DNA of 64,000 bases, from positions 93,455-157,454 of the forward strand of contig MCFE01000139.1 in assembly GCA_002104905.1 (NCBI GenBank), given 5' to 3'. The notes beneath the pieces are model-generated. The model saw nothing but the letters and a program-made list of their open reading frames with translations, searched no databases and was not told the origin of the DNA. The position numbers were made by a program, and so were the translations under genes. The number at the start of each line of letters is the position of its first letter. Positions within the stretch are counted from its first letter, which is position 1. Below are positions 26,723 through 40,875 of this stretch, in pieces. The DNA comes from Basidiobolus meristosporus CBS 931.73 (Eukaryota > Fungi > Basidiobolomycota).

Positions 26723-29311
26723 TTAGGGTAGACGGCAGGGCTTGATGTTCCAGATGGAGTCGGCATATTCCTTGATGGCACGGTCCGAGGAGAACTTCGC
26801 CATTCCTGCTGTGCACATAATTGACATCTTGGCCCAGCTCTCCTTGTTCTTGTAGGCGACATCAACCCTGGCCTGAGCTTCCAAGTACGTGCGGAAGTCC
26901 ACCGAGACGAGGTAGACATCTCCGCCGTTCTGAAGAGTGTACAGCAGGGGGGCGAAGATGTTGGGGTCCCCGAAGACGCCGGAATAGATGATGTCCAGGA
27001 CATTCTGGAGTTTAGGATCCATGGGCAGCTTGCGATATCTGATGGCGTGTCGGAGGTCATCCACCTCGTGAGCAAGAACCCCAAAAGTGAAGATGTTCTC
27101 GTCGCCGATCTCCTCATTGATCTCGATGTTGGCGCCATCGACGGTGCCGAGGATGATACCTCCGTTCAACACGAATTTCATGTTGGAGGTACCGGAAGCT
27201 TCAGTACCTGCAGTGGAGATATGCTGGGAGATGTCACTGGCAGGGATGATGACTTCAGCAATGGAGACGTTGTAATCAGGAATAAAGACCACCTTCAACA
27301 AGTCGCCGATCTCCTTGTCGGCATTGACCACATCCGCAACACTATTGATGAGCTTGATGACCAGCTTGGCCACATAGTATCCAGGGGCAGCCTTTCCGCC
27401 AAAGATGACCACTCGGGAGACTTGCTTCTCTCTCTCGGCCTTGCTCATGGCTTTAAGAGAGGAGTAGCGGTAGATCACACTGAGGATGTTCATGTACTGA
27501 CGTTTGTACTCGTGGATACGCTTAACCTGGACATCGAACATCGCCTCCGGGTTCACCTTCACACCACAGCGCTCCTCAATATGTTTGGCCAATCTCTCCT
27601 TGTTCTTCTTCTTGACATCCATCCATTCCTTCTGGAACGCTTTGTCGCTGGCGAACTTCTTCAGCTTGGCAAGTTCGGTGAGTTTAGTGGTCCATTGATC
27701 ACTGCCAAGCTTTTTGGTGATGAGGTCGCTGAGAAGGGGGTTACATTGATGCAACCATCTTCTCGGGGTGACCCCGTTGGTCTTGTTCTCGAAACGCTTG
27801 GGCCCGTAGAAGTCGACAAAGTCCTTGAAGATGGTCTTTTGAATCAAGTCCGAGTGGAGCGCCGCCACTCCGTTTACCCGGTGGGAACCGACGATGGCGA
27901 GATGGGCCATGCGGACGTTCTGCGGCTGGGATTCCTCAATGATGGAGATGCGGTTTAGGAGGTCTCGGTCGCCTGGCTTTGTTTTCTCAACCTTCTGCAG
28001 GAAGAACAAATTAAGGTCGTAGATGATCATCATGTGTCTGGGTAGCACGTGCTCCAACATGGGTACCGACCATTTCTCCATGGCTTCAGGAAGAATGGTA
28101 TGGTTGGTGAAGGCGAAGGTACGGGTTACGATGTCCCAGGCCTCATCCCACTCCAGACCTTCCTCATCGATGAGGACACGTTGCAACTCCGGAATCCCGA
28201 GCGTTGGGTGAGTGTCGTTAAGCTGGATGGCCACCTGCTCAGGGAATTCCTTCCAGGGGCGCTTGGTCTTCTTGAAACGACGGATGATGTCGTAGAGAGT
28301 GGCACACACGAAGAAGTACTCCTGCTTGAGACGCAGCTCCTTTCCAACCATGTGGTTATCGTTGGGATACAACACCGAGGTGATATTCTCGGCGGATTTC
28401 TGCTCACCAACGGATTTATCGTAGTTGCCCTCATTGAAACTCTCGAGATCGAAGCTCTTCTTGGGCTTGCTGCTCCACAGACGGATGTTGATGCAATTCT
28501 TGGTATCGTATCCGGGGATAGGGATGTCGTAGGCGACAGCCTGAACGATTTGTCCACCCTCCCAGGTGTACTTCGTGTTCCCTTTGCTGTCGTAGTTCTT
28601 ATCAACATACCCGTAGAACCGGACCTCCACCGAAATGTCTAGGCGAGGAAGCTCCCAGGGGTTTCCATAGTTGAGCCAGTAATCTGGAACCTCGGTTTGG
28701 AATCCGTCGACGATCTTCTGTTGGAACATGCCGTAGTTATACCGGATTCCGTATCCCCAGGCTGGGTAATCCAGAGTAGCTAAGGAGTCCATGTAGCAGG
28801 CGGCTAGACGCCCGAGACCACCGTTTCCGAGGGCCGCGTCTTTCTCCTCCTCGATGAGATCTTCCATGGTGAAGCCGAGCTGCTTAACACCTTTATTGTA
28901 GTTTTCCTTCAAGCCAAGTGCCAACAGGGCGTTGTCCAGGGAACGACCGATCAGGAATTCCATAGAGAGGTAGTACACCCGCTTGGGATCGTTGGCAGTA
29001 TGGTATTCTTGAGTCTCGTTCCAACGTTTGATTAATCGATCGCGGACCGAGTGCGCAGTGGCAAGATACCCGGCAAAATCGTCCACATTGAATGGGGTTC
29101 TGGCCAAGGTGGTGGCCATATGACGAGCGATGGAGGTTTGGATGGAGGTGACATCTGGCTCATCAAGCTCGATCAGTTTCTGCCATAGCTTGGTCTCCTC
29201 TTCAGTGAACTTCTTTCTGGTATCTTGGTCCTTCGATTGGATCGTAGGAAGAGGAAGAACTGTCGAGCTTCTTCTTCTGGGTCTGGGTCTTTCGGGAGCA
29301 CTGGTGTTCAT
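26723..29311 (-). CDS. GPH1: Glycogen phosphorylase (862 aa, single exon)
   Basis: [39 protein letters not shown] (PLP-site region), [10 protein letters not shown]; full-length open ORF. Confidence 0.97.
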   Translation of the reverse strand: MNTSAPERPRPRRRSSTVLPLPTIQSKDQDTRKKFTEEETKLWQKLIELDEPDVTSIQTSIARHMATTLARTPFNVDDFAGYLATAHSVRDRLIKRWNETQEYHTANDPKRVYYLSMEFLIGRSLDNALLALGLKENYNKGVKQLGFTMEDLIEEEKDAALGNGGLGRLAACYMDSLATLDYPAWGYGIRYNYGMFQQKIVDGFQTEVPDYWLNYGNPWELPRLDISVEVRFYGYVDKNYDSKGNTKYTWEGGQIVQAVAYDIPIPGYDTKNCINIRLWSSKPKKSFDLESFNEGNYDKSVGEQKSAENITSVLYPNDNHMVGKELRLKQEYFFVCATLYDIIRRFKKTKRPWKEFPEQVAIQLNDTHPTLGIPELQRVLIDEEGLEWDEAWDIVTRTFAFTNHTILPEAMEKWSVPMLEHVLPRHMMIIYDLNLFFLQKVEKTKPGDRDLLNRISIIEESQPQNVRMAHLAIVGSHRVNGVAALHSDLIQKTIFKDFVDFYGPKRFENKTNGVTPRRWLHQCNPLLSDLITKKLGSDQWTTKLTELAKLKKFASDKAFQKEWMDVKKKNKERLAKHIEERCGVKVNPEAMFDVQVKRIHEYKRQYMNILSVIYRYSSLKAMSKAEREKQVSRVVIFGGKAAPGYYVAKLVIKLINSVADVVNADKEIGDLLKVVFIPDYNVSIAEVIIPASDISQHISTAGTEASGTSNMKFVLNGGIILGTVDGANIEINEEIGDENIFTFGVLAHEVDDLRHAIRYRKLPMDPKLQNVLDIIYSGVFGDPNIFAPLLYTLQNGGDVYLVSVDFRTYLEAQARVDVAYKNKESWAKMSIMCTAGMAKFSSDRAIKEYADSIWNIKPCRLP

Positions 29312-31483
29312 GTTGAACGAGGCGGTGGTTGGGTAGGGGAGGGAGATGGAAAAGATCTGAGCTCTAACTGGAGGGGAGCGGCCAGCTTTTATAAAGCAAG
29401 TACATACGTCAACATCAAGCTAGCTGAACCATCTGGGATGCGTAACCCTGTGCTAATCAAGTAATGGATCCTGTAAAATATTCACGTTCTACTGCGAAAT
29501 TTACCATGATGTCCAAAAGAATGCTACCGTCGATAGAATCCAGTATATTTATCGATACCGGATGTACCCACTCATCAACAATACCCAGATTTCAGTATTG
29601 CCTCCCTTCATAGACCAGGATTCCAGAGCCCCGACAACCTCTGACCGAATTAAATGATGGAGAAATACTGTTACGTAACCACCTTTGACTGAGATGCGTC
29701 CGTCCATACTTCCTGGAGGTTGGCCGTGGAGGTTCCTTTTAAAGGACCAATTAGGTCGGAGATGGGTTGTGAGGCAGCAGTGCACAATCCGCGGCCATTT
29801 CTCGTCTGGCTTCGCATGTGAGGTTAGGACCGAGGGTATCCTGGGGTGGGGCTTTGATCGTTGCTGGCAGCGCTTGATATGCTGTGAGACCACATCTCGC
29901 CACGGGACAAGTGCGCAAGGGCGAGTTGGGGCTATCGATGGTAGACACACACTGGTTGGTAGGATCGGAGTCATCGATGATCAGATATTGAACTTACCAG
30001 TCCAGTCATACAGAGGATGAAGAATAAGTAAGACACCTTCATCCAGTGGGTAGATGCCGCACCTAGCCGATGAAAGTGCGTACAAATTGAAAATCCCAGA
30101 ACCCATCAGGCTTCGAGTGGCTGAAATGAGTGATCGGATGACAAGCCCCAGTACCTACTACAAGGCTGCCTGGTGGGCACACCGCTCTTGACTTTCCTTC
30201 GACGATTGCTTTGCGAGTTTCGACACGACAAGTCAAGGGAGAGTGTTACTTGAGGTTAGATGATGGAGGATAGGATACAGAACCGCCGTTGATCTGAATC
30301 TCGATTCCGCCAATCACTGATCAAGCCTGGCCATACTGGAATCACTACGCTATTTGGCTCCATACCAACTTGATCTCGGATTTGACGCATTGCAGATGAT
30401 TACACACACCGTCCAAATCCTCTTCCATAAATATGGCATTGATGGGAGCTACATCCCCACAGGGTCAGACTGATTCACTTGGATTTGATAAGAGGTTGGT
30501 ACACGGCATTCTGTGGACGAGTAGATCTGGGGCTATGCCAGATGCTACTCTCTAAGCCACGACTCTGAGTGTTCCCTTCCAACGCAGTGAAACCATAATA
30601 GGGACTTCGTTACTGTTGATTCCTCGCGCTTCGTGCCACCACTAATAGGCAAATTGACTCTTATCTGATAAGGGCATTGTTGAGGGGAGGTATGTTGTGA
30701 GTGTCAGTGGGAATGGGAATGTGAATGTGAATGTGGACAAACCTTGACTGTTACCCAAATCAGTGTCCAGTGTATTGCTCTGATTTATTCGGCATGTTCA
30801 ATCAAACTGTTGACCAAACTCGACGCTGGATTTGGCAACGTTGACGTCACTTTCGAGACATTAGATTAACTCCATGGTGACTCCAACATACCACCTGTCT
30901 GCTGTGAGCAACAGAGGACTCTTCATATAAGGTTCCAGAGCCGAAGCCTTCGTGTGTGTGCATTACCCCGTGAGTATTGAGTTGTTAAGCGAGGGAGAGA
31001 TCTACAAGCCATGCGCCAAAGACCGACGGGGCCTTCCGCATGCTGCGAACCATGCTGGAGATATCCCTGCTATGTGTGAATGGAAGGGCCGATGAAGATA
31101 ATGATGATCTTTAGCTATTGGCACGCAAGATCAGTTGCGATATAACCCCGATCAAGCCATAGCATGCCTCTTCGGGGAGAGTTGGCTTAAATGCCGACGA
31201 TTCTACTCGAATGGCATGGGTCAGAGCTTCGAAGAAAACATGGAGACAGCAGCGTATTATTTGTTGGTACTTTAGCCACCCTGATACAAGCGACACTTGG
31301 ATTCATCACCCTTAGGTGACATGATATTACTGTTCATATCACCGGGTTTCAACTGATCACTACATAGGCAAACTCCCTCCCCAGCATTACGACTAATACA
31401 ATGGGTTTATTCGGGTGTGAATCATTTGCTAGACTGCCATTACAAAAGCAAATCGCTGGAAGCCGAAAAGAACTGGTGGTTCT

Positions 31484-33324
31484 TCACGACGTGTGGGTAT
31501 TTGTACACTGGAACACAAGACATCTGTTGATATCGTGATGATCCTTATGGAACTTGATAAAGTCCCAATCATTAAACACATCCTTTACTTGGTCAGCTGT
31601 GCCGCTCCCGGCTTCCAAGACGAGGTAGCCATTTGCCGAAATGATCTTTTCTCTGACTGAGGCATGTAACATTTGATACGACGTTAAGCTGGTCTCACCA
31701 CAAAACAGTGCCTCATGGGGCTCGAACTCCGAAACCCCAAAATCCAGCTTTCTGGCTTTGTCCTCCGGTATGTACGGGGGATTGCATAGTACAATATCGA
31801 AGCTCTGCTTCAGCTCTTCGATCTCGTCCAACTTCGAGAAGTCTCCGGTCACAAAGTTCACTCGGTCGACCATATCAAGCGATTCGGCATTTTTCTTGGC
31901 AACCTCGAGCGCCTCTGGGCTGATGTCAACTCCGCACCCGGTGGAATCAGCAATCTTCTTCATGCACGACAGCAGAATGCATCCTGAGCCAGTCCCAAGA
32001 TCAAGAATCTTGATTGGAGTCTCTCTATCCTTCATTGACTCGGCTATCTCCACTGCCGCAGCCACCAAGGCCTCGGTGCTTTGACGAGGAATTAGCGTTG
32101 CGGGTGTAACATGGAATCGTAGGCCACAGAATTCCTATTTGAGGCGCTTGCAAGTTAGCAAGGACCGGTGTAGGAGGAGAGGAGGAAGATGTTACCTTGT
32201 AGCCAAGCAGATAGGCCACTGGCATCTCCGTTCCAGGATCATACTCTACTACATCAACATTGTTTTTCTGCAGCTCCTCTATATACTGAAGCTTTCGCTT
32301 TTCGAAGAAGCGAACCTCTCGTTGACGCAAAGCCTAGATATCAGGGATTAGCAAGGTCGGTCGTTTCCTCCACCGCGAATACACGGGCTCTCCCACTTTA
32401 CCTCGAATTTGTTGGGCTCTTCTCTGAAAAACCGCATCGGCTCCCCGGATACTGGGTGCGGGAACTCCAGCGCAAGTAGGGATAGAAACATCCCCTTATC
32501 TCTAGAGGTTTTTAGCTGCTTCGTGTATGAATTATTGCCAACCACAGGATGATCAAGTTGCTCGAACAGCTTTCTAAGCGTTGCGCCGCCAGAAACCCCA
32601 ACAGAGCATATGTCCACTGTGGATAGGTATCCGGCTGAATTACTCCGACAGAAAGAGACATGTGTGCACGACTCGAAATCCGCCACTTTGGAGTCGATCG
32701 GGAAATTCTCCCCCACCTCGCATTCGATTTTCCCATGGACTACCGCTCGATAGGTGCGCCGCACGAGGCCGCTCTTTAACTTTGCCTCCAGGCTATTTTG
32801 AGCCTCGATGGTTTTGGCCACGGCAACCTGGTTTGACAAGAACGAACCTTGAGTACAACAGAAAACATGGGAGAACCAAACAATCTAGGCATACTGACCC
32901 ACCCAACAGTGGCCTTCTCCAATTCATACAACGATTTCGGCTTCAGATCGGTATGGAAGCCTGCGCAGTCGGACATAGAGAAGGGCAGGGCCTCCAGAAA
33001 ACTCGTGATATTCATGCCTGGAACTTTCCAAGCGACACAGACGTCCGCATCCTCGTAAACGACCTCGATCGGGGTGGAATTCTTCGCTTTTCTTGCCTCG
33101 TACGTGTTGAACTTGAACTCGACCACGTCCCCTTCCAACAATATCCTCGGCGGGAGGACTTTTTCGTTATTGACCAGCACCTCCCCGCGCTTGAAGCTGC
33201 GGTGCACGGCCAGCCTACTTGTCACGATGTCGGGTACCTTGGCACGCACGAACACCGAGGCTCTGGAATTCGCCTCCTCCTTGGTGACTGTCCAGCAACG
33301 ATACACTATGTTCTGCTCGTCCAT
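31484..33324 (-). CDS. Fusion protein (~546 aa): S4-like + RluA-family pseudouridine-synthase-like domain + PrmC/HemK-type N5-glutamine methyltransferase; predicted exons 33324-32899, 32827-32402, 32333-32196, 32134-31484
   Basis: Three phase-0 GT-AG introns (71, 68 and 61 nt) join the ORF pieces into one frame. RluA-like VVYEDADVCVAWKVPG, RTYRAVVHG, HPVVGN; PrmC-like PVAYLLGYKEFCGLRFHVTPATLIPRQSTE, LDLGTGSGCI, NPPY. Confidence 0.8.
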
Positions 33325-34274
33325 ATTGTTGTCCCGGAAAGGTGAATTCCCAGGAGTTCGTGGAAGCGGAGCGATCGAGCCCAGTTGGTATGCCGAAGGG
33401 GCTGAAAAAAAATCGACCACATCCCAAGCAAACAGTGATTGGTGAGCATCGCCAGCTGATTGGCTTGGTCGCAACCCCGATGCTACATGGTCGACGATAC
33501 GCCAGCTTTCGGCAGGGAGACACCCACTTAAATGGGCTAGTGCTAGATGATCGATACCGGCTCACACCCGCACCCACCAGACAGTTCCAGAGAAATGTTG
33601 CCAAAGTTGTCGTTTCTATGGGCATCGAGATCCGTGATGGGCACGATCTGGTGGGCTTGGTGTTCACGGTTCTATTAATAGCTGCGATGGCAACTACTCC
33701 AGTGCGCACCGTCTCATCACGTGTTGCTGGAGGAGATTAAATCGCCCTGGGCTACAAATCACTACTGACTTCGCCCGACCAGCCAATCAGTGTGACGCAG
33801 TGGAGGTACGTAAGAAGTTGGCTGCCTCAGGTATATTGGATGCACACATTCATATGGATCTTGGTATCAGCGATAAAGCCCAGAGACTCTGTGAGAGAGG
33901 GGCTGCCCTATCGAGTGGTGCGGTTCAGGATTTGGTTGGCCATGTGACTGTGCAATTAGATGTGGTTGCTATTCACTGGTTGTCACTGATGAGCTTGTAT
34001 TTGGGGCTTGACTCCTTATTAGCACTGCCGGTTCAGTGAGATTGGAGTGCAACAGATTCCATAGGTTGCTCGCCTTTTTAGGGAAAAATTCAAATTGCAT
34101 CTTACTCGGATCCAGAAGGCCTGACCGACTTAAGCTTTGGCTGGTTCAGAACCTCCTGCCAAGGCGGTATTCCTTCCAGCCTATTTTATTGAAGCGTATC
34201 TTGACGGACAAGAGAAGGAGGTTTGCCACATTCTTCTAAGACAGCTTCCCAATTATTCTTTTTACCTTTCAAGA

Positions 34275-37200
34275 ATGTCGGACACTAGTCAAGCACTGGA
34301 AGTTTATGGAAAAGTAGGCCCTTTTTATCGTCCCCTTCCTTTGCTTTCCTCATATATCAACACTCTACTCTTCGTTAGGGGGCTAGGGTTTGGTTGGCAG
34401 ATGATGTGGTCGGCTGGATTAGCGCCACAGTGAACTTCAAAGAGGTCGAAGCTAAGAGTGTCAAGCTAGGGCTTACTGATGACACTGGCAAGGTAAATCC
34501 CACAAAAATAAACCTCCCTCTCGAGAATGACAAGCTCAATGCTTCTGAACCGCACCCACATTGGTCCAACCCTTGTGCCACTCCCCATTCTAGGATGTAC
34601 AAGTGGAGCTATCCTTAACTAAGCTTCAGGCGGGAGAAGAAGAGCTCCCACCCCTTTGCAACCCAGCCATCCTAGAGGGAATCGATGATTTGACCAGTTT
34701 GTCCCACTTGCACGAGCCGGCTGGTAAGTATTTCTCGACTTTTCTGCTGCTATGTGTCCGTAGCATTAACGATCACGCTATTCTCAAGTCCTCCACAACA
34801 TCCGGACCCGTTACGAGCGACACAATATATACACATACTCGGGGATTGTGCTGATCGCCTGTAATCCGTTTCAAAAGGTCAGCGTTTACTCGGAGGATGT
34901 CATTCAGGCGTACTCCGGAAGGAACCGTGGGGAGCTGGATCCACATCTGTTCGCCATCGCTGAAGATGCGTACAGGTGTATGCTGCGAGAGAAGAAGAAC
35001 CAAACGGTCATCGTCTCCGGAGAGAGGTAGCCACCAGGGTCTGCGCTCATTCCTTAGACCCGGGATACTAAGCAGTAATTTGGCCTGTAAATATAGTGGT
35101 GCGGGAAAGACTGTCAGTGCCAAATTCGTCATGCGATATTTCGCGTCCGCCGAGCCCGACCCCACCAATCCTAGGAAGACCAAAGGCAAGTGCCCACTAG
35201 GCGGATCCGTTCATTCAACCCATGACTAACCTTCTTTCGGTGCATCAAAAGATAGCGGAAAATTAAGCCAGGTCGAGGAGCAGATTCTTGGTAATCATCG
35301 CTCATTCTTACTCCCTTTCCCCGCATCTTCGCTTTAGCTAATCCTGCTGCTGGATCACTCTAGCCACAAACCCCATCTTGGAAGGATTCGGTAACGCCAA
35401 AACCACTCGTAACGATAACAGTTCCCGGTTCGGTAAATACATGGAGATTCTGTTTGACAACAACACAAACATCGTGGGGGCTCGTATTCGAACCTACCTT
35501 CTGGAGCGCTCTCGGTTGATTTTCCAACCGGAGAGTGAGAGAAACTACCACATCTTCTATCAGGTAAGCGTGGCTTTTATCCATCTCTTTAGGTCCATGC
35601 TTAACCTTTGCACTTCTGTCAGCTGTGTGCTGGTGCACCGTCATCCGAAAGAAAGGAGCTTCGCTTGGAAGATTACTCCTATTTCCATTATTTGAATCAG
35701 GGCGCTTGTGGGGCAATTTCTGGCGTGGATGATGCCGCCGAGTTTGAGTTGACCCAGAGATCGCTCTCACTTGTCGGCATCTCGGTGCAACTTCAATGGA
35801 AGATATTCAAGGTGTTGGCCGGATTGCTTCACCTTGGGAATCTGCAGATCGGAGGCAGCGAGAAACTTGGGGCAAGCATAGATGATACTCAGGAATCGTT
35901 CGGTCTGGTTACTACCCTTCTCAGCATTAACCCGGCAGATTTCAAGAAATGGATGACCAAGAAGCAGATTGTTACTGGTCGCGACAAGATTATGAGCAAC
36001 ATGAGCCCGGTGCAGGCAACGATTGCCCGAGACGCTGTGGCCAAGTTCATCTACGCCAACCTGTTTGACTGGCTGATTAGAGTCGTGAACCAAAGCTTAT
36101 GCACCAACGAGGTTCTCGAGACTGTTCATTCGTTTATCGGCGTGCTAGATATCTACGGCTTTGAGCATTTCGCAAAGAACTCGTTCGAACAATTCTGTAT
36201 CAACTACGCCAACGAAAAACTGCAGCAAGAGGTAAGTTGGCTGTGCAGCGTCTACCCTTACCCGCCTATACATTGCTAACAGTCGCCCGTCTAGTTCAAC
36301 AAGCACGTATTCAAACTTGAGCAAGAGGTAGGGTTCATCCGGAGTGATCGCCCAGAAACCCAGCACTGATGTTAGTCCAATTTTAGGAGTATGTGCGGGA
36401 AGAAATCAACTGGCAGTTCATTGACTTCAGCGATAACCAGCCCTGTATCGAGTTGATCGAGGGCCGAATCGGCGTGCTGTCTCTACTGGACGAGGTAAAG
36501 CATGATGTATCCACTGCATTTATTGGAAGCTGATTTAACCGCCTCCAATTCGACAGGAATCACGACTTCCCTCCGGAACAGATCAAACCTACGTAACAAA
36601 GCTGTACCAGCAGTTCGATTCACCCAACTACAAGAAGTACTTCGCCAAACCCAAGTTCAGTAACAACGAGTTCACGATCAAGCATTATGCCCATGATGTC
36701 ACTTACCAGGCGGAGGGCTTCCTCGATAAGAACAAGGACACCATTCAAGACGAACTGTTGAATGTCCTATTGGCCACTGAATTTGACTTCCTGGAGGAAG
36801 TTCTACCCAAGCCCACAGACGAGCCCCCTGCCCAAGTTAAGCCTGGAAGACGTTCGATGGGCCCTGGTGCTAAGAAATCCACCCTGGGCTCCGTCTTCAA
36901 AGGCTCCCTCGTAAATCTGATGGACACCATCAGCTCTACCAATGTACATTATGTTCGCTGTATCAAGCCAAATGAGGCAAAGAAGCCATGGCTGTTTGAT
37001 CCTATTATGGTTCTGTCGCAGTTGAGAGCCTGTGGTGTGCTCGAAACCATCCGAATTAGCTGTGAAGGTTACCCGTCACGGAGAACTTTAGAGGACTTTG
37101 TGGAGCGCTTCTACCTCCTAACCAAGTCTAAAGACTGGTGTCCCCAAGATATACCAGCCTTTTGCCAAAAAATTCTCGCCGAGGCCATCAATGATCCCGA

Positions 37201-40155
37201 CAAATATCAGATTGGTAAGACCAAGGTGTTCTTCCGTGCAGGCCAGGTAAATGAGTGGATGACCCCTTGCCCCCATCAGAACTGAGTCTCAAGCGATTAC
37301 CTTTCCCCCGTGTTTAGCTCGCCTACTTGGAGAAACTTCGCTCAGAGAAACTCTATCACTACACCGTTTTGATCCAGAAGAATGTTCGTCGTTTCTTGGC
37401 TCGCAAGAATTACCTCCGACTCCGTTTCCGGGCCGTGGTTGTTCAATCGATCATACGAAAGAAATTCGCACTCCGGTTGTTGGAAAACATGCGTCGCAAG
37501 AAGGCAGCCGTCTGCATTCAAAAGAACTGGAGAGCTCACCGCGAAAGAAAGAGATACGAGGCAATGCGCGCATTGATAATCAAAGCGCAATCTTGTAAGT
37601 TGGAGCAGCATGATCTCCAGATACTTCATATATTCATCATTCGTCACACTAGATGTCAGACGGCATCTTGCCAAAACGCTGGCCCAGAAATTGCGTCAAG
37701 TCAAAGCAAGCATCAATATACAACGAGTGTACAGAGGCTGGTACGTGCTCTGCACCGCTATTGTGTGGGGTTTGCGCGTATATACATACTAATGAGCATT
37801 GAAACATCCTATCAGGCTTGTACGTAGGGAATACCGAAAAACCATCAAGTCTATCGTCTTTATTCAGGCCTGTATTCGTCGCGCATTGGCAAAGAAGGAG
37901 CTTCGTCTTCTTAAGATAGAGGCTCGTTCCGCAAATCATTTCAAGGAACAGTCCTTCCAGTTAGAGAACAAGCTTGTGACGCTCACTCAACAACTGGCCA
38001 TTCAGAAAGACGAGAACAAGTCCTTAATCGAGAAGATCAGCTCGACTGAGAACCAGGTAGGCTATTGGAAGGAGAAATACGACAAGGCCGAGCAAAAGAA
38101 CCAAGAACTTACGGAGAAGTTTGCTGGTTCCTCCGAAGAGTCCAAAGAGTACGAGGCATTGCTGAAGGAAAGGGACTCCTTGTTGGCTCGTGTGAAGAGT
38201 TTGACTGACACGTTTAAGACCAAAGAAGCCGAGTTCAATGGAATTAAGGAAGAGCTTTCCACAACCAAGAAGGAGCTATTGAAGCTTAAAACAATATCAA
38301 AAATGGTCAAAACTAAGAAAGAGGCCGATGACAAGATGGTGCTTAAGCTTCAGGAAGAGGTCAGCTCACTTAAGGCTCAGCTAGCTGTCCTGTCAAGAGG
38401 ACAGAAGGTAGACACTGCTACCCTACAAGCTCACTACAACCTCGTGTCTGCCAACTCCACTCCTGTCACTTCCTCACCAGTGCTCACCCCTAGCATTAGC
38501 AATCCGATCATCTCTGCACAGCCCATTGTTCCACCCCGCCCAGATATCGTTCAAGTGGAGAATGAAGCCAAAGAAGCCGAGTTCCAATCCCCAGCACCTG
38601 TGCAAAGCTTCAACCAGGCACCCATGCGACAGAGCGTGCCACCACACGCCTTTGCTAAGCACATGCGAAGTGGCTCTGTAGAGCCTCCCAAGGGCAGCTT
38701 TACTACCGAAAGAGATTACAAGCGCATGACTTTGGCTGGACTTCCTATGGGCAGGTCTCGACAGTCTATCCTTGGGCATATTTCGCTTCCCGACATCCAG
38801 GTATGTTTGTGATTTAATGAACTCCCCTCTGCTTTGCCAGCTAACATGCTTTCTAGAATATCTTGATCAGCGAAGGTTTGGTCAGTGAAATTGAGACGTT
38901 CCTGCGATCGGTGGCTATTCCGGTGCAAAACCAATCACGCCCCATCATGGGTGCTCACGAAATCCTGTTCCCCGCCAACATCATCAACATGTGCGTTACC
39001 CAGTTGTGGGCAAATGACTTGGGCTTGGAGTTGAAGCGGTTTTTGAACAAGGCGACGTTCACGATCGAAAAACTCGTCTCGGTATGTTTGCTTCTACGCT
39101 AGCTAGATATCAGGATGGTGGCTTAATTATTTTGTGTGTGTACCCAGAGACCCGAACGAGACTTTATCTTGCCTTTCTGGCTTGCCAACGCTTGCTACCT
39201 GCTCCTTGGGGTTACCGAAACCGAGAATCGCTATAAGCAAGATACAGTCCCCGGGTTGACTCGTCGAAACACCGACTACGTGGACCCATTGCGTGTGATT
39301 GAGAAGTGCAAACAGGACCTTGAGATGTTGATTACTAACATATACAACATTTACCTGCAAGAGCTCGGCAAGCAGGTTGGCAAGCTTGTCATCCCTGCTG
39401 TGGTTGAAAGCCAGCCGTTGAACGAATATTTCGTCAAAGAGTCTGGATTCTTCAGTAAGCTGATGGGTAACAGCAACCCACCGCCATCCAACAAGATCCT
39501 GACCGAGTGGCTCAACGAACTGATTGACACCATGAACTACTACTATGTGAGCGAGCTGCTTGCATCCAGGCTGGTCGCCGAATTGGTCAACTTCATCGGA
39601 GCCAGCGCCTTCAACCACATCATCATGAGGAAGAACTTCTGCAACTGGAAGCGAGGAACCCAGATTCAGGCAAACATAACCGCCGTGGAGGAATGGTTCA
39701 AGGCCCACATCTCACCCAAGCTGCCCACCATGATCCACTTGGAGAGACTCAAGCAGGCAGTCAAGCTGCTCACACTGCTGCATCAGGTCCGCGACGTCTC
39801 TATTCTGTTCCAGGTCTGTTATCTGCTGAATCCAGCGCAGATATCGAAGCTCGTGTCTATCTACTCGATCACGGAGTATGATGAGCCTATCGACCCCGAG
39901 GTATTAACCGAGGTTGCCAAGCAGAGTGTGGGAAGCGAGCGAGAAAGCTTGTTCTTGGCGGTGGACGACCCCCAGCAGACCCAGCTTTTCCCTGATTTAA
40001 CACTGGCCTCCCATTATTATCCAATTAGAAGGTATATTCCTGATTGGCAGAGGGTGCATCTGTTGAGAATCATTCTGGAGCACTCAGAAGAGGATACTCA
40101 GCAGGCCATTCCTACCAACCTACAACTTGATCAGATCCCTGAAACATATATTTAA
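34275..40155 (+). CDS. MYO2: Class V myosin, multi-exon (motor, IQ repeats, coiled coil, dilute/cargo domain)
   Basis: [23 protein letters not shown]-loop split by an intron, [37 protein letters not shown] motifs, [13 protein letters not shown]. Exact exon set not fully resolved. Confidence 0.93.
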
Positions 40156-40875
40156 TCCGCAACCATATACTCCCATAATCCATCCATCTCCGGAACTCCA
40201 CTAGTAATAAATCAGTTGTATGGGAAGCCCATTCTCCATGAGATGCAGCCCAATAAGGCCTTCCCGAGTATGTGCACGAACGTGATTGCATACCCTTGGG
40301 GCACCACGCAAACTTGATCTTGGTGTGCGTTTGTCTGGCACCGGCCATGCATCACAAATATATGCGCGGGGGTTTCAGCCATCAATTCAAGTCTGTCCTG
40401 GTCCGGAACAGCCCTCCGATTGGGGAAGTGATGGCAGTATTACCTCGGCATATGTGCGCTTGCACCACGGATAAGCCATCCTGTCCGATGCCACCCCTCG
40501 ACTGGGGTCGGCTTCCACATGGCATGGCAATAGCCTTGTGCCTCGGGTGATGGAAAGGGCTCCCCCGTCTCCATGCATGCTGGGTGGAAGTGCTGGCATT
40601 TGCTGCTTTTGGGCTCACAAGGAACGATGCCCAATTTATCCTGCGTAGGCATCAAGATCGGCTCCCATATATCTGGTCTTGCAATTCGGAACCCCCGTCT
40701 CTCCTGTATCTCAATCGGATAGTGGTTATATTCAGGATTATGTAGAACATTTGAGGAGTGACCCTTGATCTCAGGGTGAGACACCCATAAGAGGTGCGAG
40801 GGAGGATGAAGGTTATTAAGGAGGTTCGTCTTCCTTCTCTGACCGCACTTCTGAGTCTTTTCTTCACTTCTAATC

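Noticed and set aside
27047-28642. Long plus-strand ORFs (303 aa and 197 aa) opposite glycogen phosphorylase, and similar ORFs opposite myosin V and ARG5,6
   Set aside because: Antisense shadows of codon-biased genes; no independent motifs.
29549-31300. Short ORFs between GPH1 and the PrmC fusion gene
   Set aside because: Overlapping ORFs on both strands with no recognisable domain or splice-consistent model; not supportable without RNA data.
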